51,109 nt of DNA from a virus (taxonomy: Duplodnaviria; Caudoviricetes): positions 1-51,109 of the IMG/VR virus record IMGVR_UViG_3300049855_000194; one strand, 5' to 3'. Shown in pieces: positions 10,102 through 17,882 of this stretch. The notes under the pieces are model-generated. The model was not told the DNA's origin. It saw only the letters and a program-made list of their open reading frames with translations, and did not search any database. A program made the position numbers and the translations under genes. Positions within the stretch are counted from its first letter, which is position 1. Each line of letters begins with the position of its first letter.

Positions 10102-10312
10102 TCTCTTTCTGAGATTGCTCTCGTATATGTTTAGGAACAGTTAGTTCCATACATGTGTTACAACAGAAGTACTTACAGTGCCATACAGTGTTGACACTAT
10201 ATAGAACTTTAAATCCCCTACCGCATGGTGTACCGCACTTAGGTGCGCTACAGACCTCCGGCAGCTTCGATTTTTCTGAGGTATTTTTTACTGGAGTTCT
10301 TTGGGCCGGCAT
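10013..10312 (-). CDS. Small Cys-rich hypothetical protein
   Basis: CSAPKC...FCCNTC; overlaps both neighbours. Confidence 0.4.
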   Translation of the reverse strand: MPAQRTPVKNTSEKSKLPEVCSAPKCGTPCGRGFKVLYSVNTVWHCKYFCCNTCMELTVPKHIREQSQKENDAFLKSNIKHDSDFDKRIRVRGRVFKTS

Positions 10313-10661
10313 TGTAATATTGGACGCCTTTGCGCCAATCTCCTTTAGAGTAGTTCTTATCTAGCCACAGAAGATAATCCGTAGCTATCTTTGTAGCGAA
10401 GACAAAGTCAGTTTCCATCCTATAGATACTGCTTCGTCCATTATATACTTGTTTAAATGCCGCTGGTGTAATCTGATATGGGCCGACTTCATGAGCAGCT
10501 CCACGAGATCTGTCTACATAGATGAAGTTCCCATGGGCGTCCATGTAGCTGTTTGTTTCAACCTTTAGAATTGCTTTTAAGACGCTTGGAGGAACTTGCC
10601 TTTCCTGGCTCAATGCTTGGGTTGATATGTGTAGAATGAGAATCACTAAAAATAACTTCAT
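10248..10661 (-). CDS. Lytic transglycosylase / lysozyme-fold protein with signal peptide (likely start MKLFLV)
   Basis: AILKVET catalytic Glu, GPYQIT, YYNAGP; hydrophobic N-terminus. Confidence 0.8.
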   Translation of the reverse strand: MKLFLVILILHISTQALSQERQVPPSVLKAILKVETNSYMDAHGNFIYVDRSRGAAHEVGPYQITPAAFKQVYNGRSSIYRMETDFVFATKIATDYLLWLDKNYSKGDWRKGVQYYNAGPKNSSKKYLRKIEAAGGL

Positions 10662-10965
10662 AAGACTTTCCCGGTATATCCGCATTAAATTGAACGGCTA
10701 TTACATAGTCAGTTAGGCGTCCGATTAGTTTCTTATCTACAGCTGTACCATCTTCTAGCCAGTAATAACCGTCGCGTTTGTTGTCATAGAATATATCCCT
10801 CTGCCTACCATTTATTACAGCAGAGAGGGTTGCGCTACCATCTTTAAGTAAGATGCAGTTACCAAGTCTAATCTTTTCCTCGGTGTTGAAGCGCATATAT
10901 AAGCGCGAGACAGCTACCGCAGCAGCAAAGCCAAGCAAGAATCCGCTCAATAGGTGAAAGATCAT
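10558..10965 (-). CDS. Hypothetical protein with N-terminal transmembrane segment
   Basis: MIFHLLSGFLLGFAAAVAV. Confidence 0.55.
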   Translation of the reverse strand: MIFHLLSGFLLGFAAAVAVSRLYMRFNTEEKIRLGNCILLKDGSATLSAVINGRQRDIFYDNKRDGYYWLEDGTAVDKKLIGRLTDYVIAVQFNADIPGKSYEVIFSDSHSTHINPSIEPGKASSSKRLKSNSKG

Positions 10966-11029
10966 TGCTGGTTATTCCTGAAAATCCAACAGCAGTTAGG
11001 ATATATAGTAATAGGATAGGCCATGTCAT
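10868..11029 (-). CDS. 53-aa membrane peptide with two hydrophobic segments, not in the ORF track
   Basis: My translation is MTWPILLLYILTAVGFSGITSNDLSPIERILAWLCCCGSCLALIYALQHRGKD; ATGA overlap with the upstream gene. Confidence 0.4.
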   Translation of the reverse strand: MTWPILLLYILTAVGFSGITSNDLSPIERILAWLCCCGSCLALIYALQHRGKD

Positions 11030-11571
11030 TTCTTAACCTTTCTCATGGTAAGTGTAGGCTTATCAAACATTCCAATCGTTGCAGGAATCCGCAACTTAGG
11101 ATCGGCAGATTCCTTAGAGTAGCCTTGCTCGGTTACAAGCCCATTAATGAAGCTAGTGAGAGCATTTGCATTAAAGTCCTCGGATACAAGTTCGTTACCG
11201 ATAGGATGTTTCTTAAGCCATTCTACTACAAGAGGCTTGTTCTCCTTAGATACAGACACGTATGTCTTACTACCTGGAGTAAACTTATATCCACCAGCGG
11301 AGATGCTGTCCATATCACTAGCTAGCATTTCGTTGCTGACTTTCTCTGCAATCTGCGGCATGTGAGTATTAGCTGCCGTAGTGACAGACTTACATGCATC
11401 AAGCAAGCTATCTAAGATAAGATAGCATTTAAGTTTAGTCATCAGGTCTGCACGTGTGCAGCCGAAGGCTACTGGCTCTAGAACCTGTAGCAAATCATCT
11501 TTAGCTTTTTCAAACTGCTGAACCACGATGTTCAGATGGTCGAGCAGCGCTGTTTCGTTAGGAGCGGTCAT
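11026..11571 (-). CDS. Phage hypothetical protein of a type often found beside SNF2 helicases
   Basis: Helical N-terminus, VEWLKKH...NANALTSFI motif, gene context. Confidence 0.55.
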   Translation of the reverse strand: MTAPNETALLDHLNIVVQQFEKAKDDLLQVLEPVAFGCTRADLMTKLKCYLILDSLLDACKSVTTAANTHMPQIAEKVSNEMLASDMDSISAGGYKFTPGSKTYVSVSKENKPLVVEWLKKHPIGNELVSEDFNANALTSFINGLVTEQGYSKESADPKLRIPATIGMFDKPTLTMRKVKK

Positions 11572-11870
11572 AATTTATCCGTATATGGGATGTAGGCTTT
11601 GAGTTCTGGCGAATATGCCAGGATATTGTAGTACTTTCGATCTGGCTGCGTGAGCCAGATCATTCCTGCGATAGCAGTAAGATAGCTAGGCCCATTAAGA
11701 ACGATCATATCTTCTTCTTGGTTAGCTCGATCTAGAATTTCTTCTAGCTTATCTCTGATCTCTCCAAGCCCTTCCTTGTTAGCTAGATCAGACGGCCCGA
11801 ATATGAATACAGGGTTCTTAATGTTTTCGAATGTATGCTTGGAGTTACGATAGAGGATGTAAGTAATCAT
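11568..11870 (-). CDS. Hypothetical protein
   Basis: 100-aa ORF with ATGA coupling. Confidence 0.65.
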   Translation of the reverse strand: MITYILYRNSKHTFENIKNPVFIFGPSDLANKEGLGEIRDKLEEILDRANQEEDMIVLNGPSYLTAIAGMIWLTQPDRKYYNILAYSPELKAYIPYTDKL

Positions 11871-13690
11871 GCACTTGCTTTCAAAAGGATATTCTTAATT
11901 GCGGCTACGTTCTTAACCATATCAGATAGCTCGCGCTTATCTCGCAACACATCTACAATATATTCCTCAATAGAATCAGCATAGATGTAATCGCGATACA
12001 GAACTTTATTAGTCTGACCAATACGATGGCAGCGATCTTCTGACTGCGCACGCGTGCCATATGAGAAGTCATTACTATAGTAGAATACAGTATGGCATGG
12101 GCATGTTTTTGTACCTAGCAGAGTAAGGCCAACGCCTCCGCTCTTGACATTACCGATGAATACTTTAACAGAATCATCAGTGTTAAATCCATCAACAGCA
12201 GCTTGCTTCTTAACTGCATCAACAGACCCGTCATATATGACTGCATTCACACCACGTTCACGAAGTTGCTTTAGAATCAGTTGGTTGTCTTGCTTGAAGC
12301 GGGACCAGATGATTAGCTTCGTACCATCTGCAACAACATCTTCGACATCATCGAGCATGTTGTTCAGTTTGGCGTCCCCACCTGGAATGGTAGTTATCTT
12401 TGTCTTGCGTACGGGTTCGCTGTCTGAATCCAATTCAATATCTTCCATAGCTACACCTTCGTAGCCAGATAGGAAGCCACAGCATAACTGAGACAGCTTT
12501 AGCATTTGTACAATGATGAACTCAGTCGTACTCTCCGTACCATCTTCAAGCATGACGTAGAACTCTTGAGCCATCTTCTTATACACTTGGCGTAGCGTAT
12601 CTGGCATCTCAATTGCACGAATCTCAAAGATTTTCTGGGGTAGGTCTAGACAACGTTCCTTCTTAACTACGAATGACATTCGTGCCATGTCTTCCTTGAG
12701 CTTATCAATCTTATCTTCTTTGAAACCTGTTACAGTTTCAAAGCCACCATTCTTCTCTACGTATGCGTACTCATTCTTAAAGCCACGATATGTACCAAAT
12801 CCTAGAGCACCTGGACGCAGGAGTTCAAACTGATGCCAGAGATCTAGGATGTTATTGCTCACTGGCGTACCAGTAAGAATACGCTTCATCGTGGACTCCT
12901 TAGCTAATGTATTGCATGCCTTACTACGCTTAGCCTCTGGATTCTTGACATAGTGTGACTCATCAAACACAACCATTGAAGGCTTGAATGCTAGAAGTTG
13001 CTGGATCATGGTGCTTACACTGTCATATGACACGATAAGAACTTTAATACGTGCTTCGCCAGCAATAACAGCAATCATCTGGTCGATGGATTTAATGTCA
13101 CCCATCAAAATATCCATGTCAACATTATGGACGCCGCAGATACCCATGTACATTTCGCGGCGCCAGTTAACAACGAGCGACTTGGGACAAACAATAACAA
13201 TACGAAGCATCTCACCAGCTTTTAATGTGCAGGCATAGTAATCTAGCTCAAGAGTGATACAGAAAGTTTTACCTGTACCCATCTCCATTAGATGGCCGAA
13301 TGATTCTGAACCTATAGCGCTTTCCGTTGCCACAAGTTGGTGCATGAAAGGCTTACGTGTATACGGTGGGTCGAATGTACTTGCCCTATCCTCAAATAAG
13401 TATTCCCACCGCTTTGAAGCGCGCTTCTCTTCGACTTGGTGTACCAGAGATTCGTACTTAATAAGCGTTGCGGCATTTGCTGTAAGCTCATACTCATCCT
13501 GCTTAAAAGTTGTAGATAGATAAGCTAAGTTAGGCTGCGTTACTGGGATATCCCAGCCTCGCCGCTTCTTATTCCACTTCTTCTCAGGGAAACCTAGGAA
13601 TAAATTGTGTAGTGTAGAGTTGTAATCTCCTACAGCTACGGCACATATTGTCTGGGCGTCCACAGCTCCGATCTTAAATTTAATTGCCAT
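11867..13690 (-). CDS. SNF2-family DNA helicase/ATPase
   Basis: EMGTGKT, DESH, LTGTP, GGVGLTL, QSEDRCHRIGQ. Confidence 0.95.
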   Translation of the reverse strand: MAIKFKIGAVDAQTICAVAVGDYNSTLHNLFLGFPEKKWNKKRRGWDIPVTQPNLAYLSTTFKQDEYELTANAATLIKYESLVHQVEEKRASKRWEYLFEDRASTFDPPYTRKPFMHQLVATESAIGSESFGHLMEMGTGKTFCITLELDYYACTLKAGEMLRIVIVCPKSLVVNWRREMYMGICGVHNVDMDILMGDIKSIDQMIAVIAGEARIKVLIVSYDSVSTMIQQLLAFKPSMVVFDESHYVKNPEAKRSKACNTLAKESTMKRILTGTPVSNNILDLWHQFELLRPGALGFGTYRGFKNEYAYVEKNGGFETVTGFKEDKIDKLKEDMARMSFVVKKERCLDLPQKIFEIRAIEMPDTLRQVYKKMAQEFYVMLEDGTESTTEFIIVQMLKLSQLCCGFLSGYEGVAMEDIELDSDSEPVRKTKITTIPGGDAKLNNMLDDVEDVVADGTKLIIWSRFKQDNQLILKQLRERGVNAVIYDGSVDAVKKQAAVDGFNTDDSVKVFIGNVKSGGVGLTLLGTKTCPCHTVFYYSNDFSYGTRAQSEDRCHRIGQTNKVLYRDYIYADSIEEYIVDVLRDKRELSDMVKNVAAIKNILLKASA

Positions 13691-14111
13691 CGCTTATCCT
13701 TTCTTGGGTAAGTTCTATAAAGTTTTCGTACGTTTTAACCTTGGAAATGGCACAAGCAAGAGATTTCCAGCGCATGGACATCTCGCTAGACTTGCCTAAT
13801 ACCATACAGAATTCTGGATTATTATGCAGATGTGCTACAACTAGACACGGCGCATTACGTGGCCACAGTTGGTGTAGAATTACAGCTTTCTGTGTAGGTC
13901 GTAGCAGCTTTAGAATGTTTTCTCTAGATAGATCACCAGTCCTATGTACCTTATTCTCTATATCCATAGCATAACCAGCCCGACTCCATATACGGATGTC
14001 GGGCTGGCCCATTTGAAATGCTGATTGTACGTTAGCTACAACATAACAACCATAGAAGCGTGCCGCTTCCGCGAACTCGTTCTGAAACTTATTCTCTAGA
14101 TGATTTTTCAT
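13680..14111 (-). CDS. VRR-NUC / PD-(D/E)xK nuclease
   Basis: LENKFQ...GQPD...IENK...LRPTQ; adjacent to the SNF2 helicase. Confidence 0.7.
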   Translation of the reverse strand: MKNHLENKFQNEFAEAARFYGCYVVANVQSAFQMGQPDIRIWSRAGYAMDIENKVHRTGDLSRENILKLLRPTQKAVILHQLWPRNAPCLVVAHLHNNPEFCMVLGKSSEMSMRWKSLACAISKVKTYENFIELTQERISDGN

Positions 14112-14586
14112 TAATTGGTTTCAGTGCTGTTTTGATGTTGTATAGTAAAGCATAGATAGGTGCAGCACCTATCATGTTGTTGCTACCATACTTGTTAGGT
14201 ATGTAAATACCAAGTAGCCGCAGAATAGAAAAGAATTCCCCCTCTAAGATGTACTTAGGATCATTCGGATCAGTGATACCTACAGAGTCTGCTTTCCTTA
14301 GAAAATTTTGTACTGTATCAATATAAGTAGGTAGCCTAGACAATTTCTTAAGCACAAGCCCCTTAGCGCGAGCTGCGTTAAACTTATCCGCTGGATTACA
14401 CAGACTTATGCCGATGTATATTTCTTCATCATCTATATAGAAACCAATAAGCCCTATACGATGCTTCTCTTCTATAGAAGGGGTTTCATGGCGCTTCAAT
14501 AGATTAAGTTTATTCTTCCTGATGTAGTTGAAATAGATCCTAGGAATTGTAGATGAGCTTTCGGGTGAGTTCTTCGCTTCGTTCAT
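14089..14586 (-). CDS. Hypothetical protein
   Basis: GISLCNPADKFN motif; coupled ORF. Confidence 0.6.
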   Translation of the reverse strand: MNEAKNSPESSSTIPRIYFNYIRKNKLNLLKRHETPSIEEKHRIGLIGFYIDDEEIYIGISLCNPADKFNAARAKGLVLKKLSRLPTYIDTVQNFLRKADSVGITDPNDPKYILEGEFFSILRLLGIYIPNKYGSNNMIGAAPIYALLYNIKTALKPINEKSSRE

Positions 14587-14872
14587 AGTGTTCTTTGAAT
14601 ACCCTTAGTATTGTGTTGTTTGTTTCTTCGTCTTTGAAAGTGGAAAGAGGATATTGCTGCATCCACTTAACTACCATTGGTCCATACTGCGGAGGATAAA
14701 TTACCCTGTATACCTCATCAAAGATTATCTCTCTTATAGCAGCACGTCGTACGGACTCCAGTGCATTAGCAGTACCAAACACAAGATCATATGCGATAGC
14801 GCACACCATCATTTGTTTAGCTGCATCAGCCGTTCCCATTACTCCTTTTATTCTTTGCCTTATCAAACTCAT
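14540..14872 (-). CDS. Hypothetical protein
   Basis: ORF in the minus-strand run. Confidence 0.55.
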   Translation of the reverse strand: MSLIRQRIKGVMGTADAAKQMMVCAIAYDLVFGTANALESVRRAAIREIIFDEVYRVIYPPQYGPMVVKWMQQYPLSTFKDEETNNTILRVFKEHYERSEELTRKLIYNS

Positions 14873-15284
14873 CTTGCTCCGCCTTTCTGTATCTTGCGGA
14901 CAGGTGTTCTTTATCTATCTTAGCTTCCATCAAGTTTACCATTGTATTGGCAAACTTTTTAACGAGCGGAAGCGTGAAGTCTAAGTTATGTGTAGCTTCA
15001 AACAATTCCGCCCAGGCTTCTAGTTCTTTTGTATTCCTAGGACGGCTTGGAAACCATTCTTTATAGCGGTTAGCCAACCATCTGCATTCAATGGCAGTGT
15101 CGAACCTAGATATTTTTCTATGGGTGAATGCGTACTCTACCGCAGCCTCTTCCCCGCCTAAGATAGCTATGATGCCATCGTCGACGGGGGAATCTTTAGG
15201 TAGACCGACTTTAAGTAACTTCCACTCACGTACTGTGAGTAACTCAAACTGTTTTGTTTGAGGGTTTAAAGTCATCTGACGCAT
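14826..15284 (-). CDS. Hypothetical protein (likely start MRQMTL, shorter than the track ORF)
   Basis: The upstream extension overlaps 15290-15598. Confidence 0.5.
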   Translation of the reverse strand: MRQMTLNPQTKQFELLTVREWKLLKVGLPKDSPVDDGIIAILGGEEAAVEYAFTHRKISRFDTAIECRWLANRYKEWFPSRPRNTKELEAWAELFEATHNLDFTLPLVKKFANTMVNLMEAKIDKEHLSARYRKAEQDEFDKAKNKRSNGNG

Positions 15285-15289
15285 GAGGA

Positions 15290-15598
15290 TCACGCATCGC
15301 TTGTGGGATATGCAGCTACATCTTTGATGTACATTTGAGTGAAGGCATACAACCAATTCACATCTGCTTTTGCGTCCGGGCCGTAGCCCTTCCACATCTG
15401 CTGAAAGTAATCACTGCATTTGCGCAGCCAAATCTTATCCTTACGCCAGGATAGATTGAAGCATACTGCCATAGCTGTATCGTAGTTTTTAACTACGTTA
15501 ATCATGTGGCAGGCAATGTCCCACTCATTCGGCTTTACTTTAAGGAGCTTCGCCCACTTTTCAATATAAACTTTACGGTCATTAGCATCGACAGACAT
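15290..15598 (-). CDS. Hypothetical protein
   Basis: ORF with an upstream AGGAG. Confidence 0.6.
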   Translation of the reverse strand: MSVDANDRKVYIEKWAKLLKVKPNEWDIACHMINVVKNYDTAMAVCFNLSWRKDKIWLRKCSDYFQQMWKGYGPDAKADVNWLYAFTQMYIKDVAAYPTSDA

Positions 15599-15611
15599 AT
15601 TCTTATGTCTC

Positions 15612-15887
15612 CTATGTTGGGGTTTGTTTGGTTGCGTACAGATTTATCAAATCTTCTAGTGTGAGCATAGCAAATCTTTTGCAGTACTCATACTTATCTT
15701 TGTTGCCAGCTATCCATTCCTGATTTGTATTGATCCACTTCGCCAAAAGGTCATGCTCATCTATACAGCAATCCTTCTTAGAAGGAAGCAGTAAGACTTG
15801 CGAATACAAAGTAAGTTGCCTGAGTTCGTACTGTCGTACAAATCCAGGAGCTTCTTTATGTATTCTGATTATTTCCTCTGGTCGCAT
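15612..15887 (-). CDS. Hypothetical protein
   Basis: ORF in the minus-strand run. Confidence 0.6.
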   Translation of the reverse strand: MRPEEIIRIHKEAPGFVRQYELRQLTLYSQVLLLPSKKDCCIDEHDLLAKWINTNQEWIAGNKDKYEYCKRFAMLTLEDLINLYATKQTPT

Positions 15888-16227
15888 GGTCGGCTATCTT
15901 TTCGTTTAGTTTATCTTTGAGTGCAGCAATCTCTCGGACGAGCTTCTCCATCTTAGCTGTGACAGCTTCGATCTCATTCACATCATCTATGGAGCCTTCG
16001 TGCTTAGCTAGGAACGCTGTTATCTTTGTAAGATGAGCGCGCCTATCGGAAGTTTCCTTCTCTAGCTCTGGTACTTCTTTGCTAAGCTCAGCTAATTGCT
16101 TACGCTTAGACTCAAGCGTCTTTTCACGCACACTTAGGCAGTGTTCCATCCATAGCGTGTCATTCTTAGCACGCTTTATTCGCCTACCTAAATCTTTAGC
16201 TTTCTCTAGCGTCTCTAGAACAGACAT
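15856..16227 (-). CDS. Coiled-coil hypothetical protein (start corrected to 16227)
   Basis: GAAAGGA Shine-Dalgarno before MSVLET; the longer track ORF overlaps tRNA-Thr. Confidence 0.65.
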   Translation of the reverse strand: MSVLETLEKAKDLGRRIKRAKNDTLWMEHCLSVREKTLESKRKQLAELSKEVPELEKETSDRRAHLTKITAFLAKHEGSIDDVNEIEAVTAKMEKLVREIAALKDKLNEKIADHATRGNNQNT

Positions 16228-16253
16228 ATATTTCCTTTCTCGGAAACGGGGAA

Positions 16254-16329
16254 TGGTGCTGCTTGTAAGATTCGAACTCACGACCCACGCATTACAAATG
16301 CGTTGCTCTACCAGCTGAGCTAAAGCAGC
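16254..16329 (-). tRNA. tRNA-Thr(UGU)
   Basis: GCTGCTTTAGCTCAG...ACGCA-TTTGTAA-TGCGT...GTTCGAATC...GCAGCACCA. Confidence 0.95.
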
Positions 16330-16515
16330 ATATAAATGGACGTCTGTTCCGCCCTGTCATGCCTTTGTTCTCGGGTTAGCCGTGCCCATAGCCGTAACAA
16401 GTACGGACAATTAGTTTGTAATGACTCTAACTCTATGGCCGATGCGTAGCGATGAAGCAAGGTTTCTGTTGTTTGATTGACGACATATACGTTTCTCCGT
16501 ATGGGTTTAGCAAGC

Positions 16516-16593
16516 TGGTGGACACCGTAGGATTTGAACCTACGACCTTCTGCATGTAAAGCAGCGGCTCTAACCGGGCTGAGCTAGGCGTCC
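16516..16593 (-). tRNA. tRNA-Val(UAC)
   Basis: GGACGCCTAGCTCAG...CTGC-TTTACAT-GCAG...GTTCAAATC...GTCCACCA. Confidence 0.93.
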
Positions 16594-16598
16594 GAAAC

Positions 16599-16893
16599 GC
16601 ACGTTTATTTTGGAGCGTTAAACGTGCAAACATCGCTAGTAGTTATATGTCTACCAACATAAGCCTCCAACTTCAACAAGCACCCTTTGGTCGCTATCCA
16701 GCATGATCAATTTTCCTCAGCCTTTGTGCGCTGCAAAAGCATGTGAGGGAATCTATCTACTGGACTTGCTTAGATGACGATCGGCTAGTTAACTGAACAT
16801 ATGAGGGCAGGTAGATGCTCGCATCACAGATGAAGTTTTCGGCTTAAAAGAAACCCTAGTTTGTTTTAACGTATTAAGCTAGGAAACATTACG
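16599..16893 (-). ncRNA. Candidate structured ncRNA between tRNAs: two pseudoknots flanking a long irregular hairpin
   Basis: No credible ORF; complementary segments found by eye (see findings). Confidence 0.5.
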
Positions 16894-16992
16894 GAGGGTT
16901 AGCGTCCCTCAACTCTAAGCATCGTAGTTATACTAAGTATCTATACAGAGTGGCCTACCTCCATATAAAAAATGATATAAGTATGTCAGCTT

Positions 16993-17079
16993 TGGTGCGG
17001 AAGGTGGGACTCGAACCCACACGAATTTTACTTCGCTAGAACCTAAACCTAGTGCGTCTGCCAATTCCGCCACTACCGC
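16993..17079 (-). tRNA. tRNA-Leu(UAG)
   Basis: GCGGTAGTGGCGGAATTGGCAGACGC, CTAGG-TTTAGGT-TCTAG, long variable arm, ends in ACCA. Confidence 0.93.
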
Positions 17080-17087
17080 GTTTAAAG

Positions 17088-17160
17088 TGGGCCAGCTAGG
17101 ATTTGAACCTAGAACCTAGAGATTATGAGTCCCTTGCTCTGACCGTTAAGCTACTGGCCC
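17088..17160 (-). tRNA. tRNA with CAU anticodon, probably Ile2 (lysidine, reads AUA); elongator Met not excluded; no encoded CCA
   Basis: GGGCCAG acceptor stem; AGGGA-CTCATAA-TCTCT arm resembles Ile2 tRNAs; no initiator features. Confidence 0.85.
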
Positions 17161-17291
17161 AGTTGTCAAAGATATGCAGCGTTTATACAGAGTTATGCTG
17201 CGATCTGTGGTGTCAGAGTAATGTGGTCCTACCAATCTAACTCTGATAAGATACCCTCGCTAGATTTTTAGGTCTAGTGAGGGTATTTAAC

Positions 17292-17798
17292 TTACAAACC
17301 GAGCTTCTGGCGGAGTTCAGCCAACTGCTGTTCCAGCATGCTGATCTTGTTGTCCTTCTCAGCAAGCTTAGCCTTGGTGTTAGCAACACCGTCGCCACGC
17401 TTCTTGGTCCAGCCTTCAAACAGCTTACGAACCTTGGTGAGAGCCTGCAAGGTGTAGTAGCTGGTGCGACCTTCCTTGTTGCCTGGGAAGGTCGTCTTGT
17501 CTAGCGAGTCAACAGCGTCGACGAACGCATCGACATCGGTGACGCCATTCTTAGCGAGGATACCAACCAGCGCGCTATGCAGCTCGACGAGGACAGCAGG
17601 AGCGTCCACATCCATAGCGCGAGGAGTAGGAATTGGCTCACCGTTGGCGTCTTCACTAGCAGAGAACTGCTTAATAGCCTTGCTGGCGTCCGCCTTGCCA
17701 TCTTCATCTTCGTCATTCGCAGCCGAATTGGAAGCCGAGGTAGCAGTTGCCGGGGCGTTGACAGAAACCGAGGCACCGGGAGGGAGAGGCATGTTCAT
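17292..17798 (-). CDS. Hypothetical protein with GC-rich codon usage and C-terminal coiled coil
   Basis: 168-aa ORF directly downstream of the 17844-17882 promoter. Confidence 0.75.
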   Translation of the reverse strand: MNMPLPPGASVSVNAPATATSASNSAANDEDEDGKADASKAIKQFSASEDANGEPIPTPRAMDVDAPAVLVELHSALVGILAKNGVTDVDAFVDAVDSLDKTTFPGNKEGRTSYYTLQALTKVRKLFEGWTKKRGDGVANTKAKLAEKDNKISMLEQQLAELRQKLGL

Positions 17799-17843
17799 GT
17801 TGTAGTCGCTTTCGTTTTTTGACCAGGGGGTTTGATCTGGTCG

Positions 17844-17882
17844 GGGTATACTTTAATATACCAGATGTTTTCAGAGAGTCAA
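17844..17882 (-). promoter_or_regulatory. Sigma70-like promoter TTGACT-N16-TATATT, driving the 168-aa gene and probably the tRNA island
   Basis: -35 at 17877-17882, -10 at 17855-17860. Confidence 0.8.

Noticed and set aside
16433-16633. Track ORFs 16433-16633 and 16079-16318
   Set aside because: They overlap tRNA genes and are probably spurious
16330-16992. tmRNA or theta/HDV-like ribozyme
   Set aside because: No tRNA-Ala-like ends or tag peptide, and I could not trace an HDV nested double pseudoknot at any tRNA 3' end; a covariance search is still needed to be sure
16993-17079. Amber suppressor tRNA or TAG recoding
   Set aside because: The anticodon is UAG (reads CUA), not CUA; genes are intact under code 11, and TAG ends genes such as terL and 2094-2723
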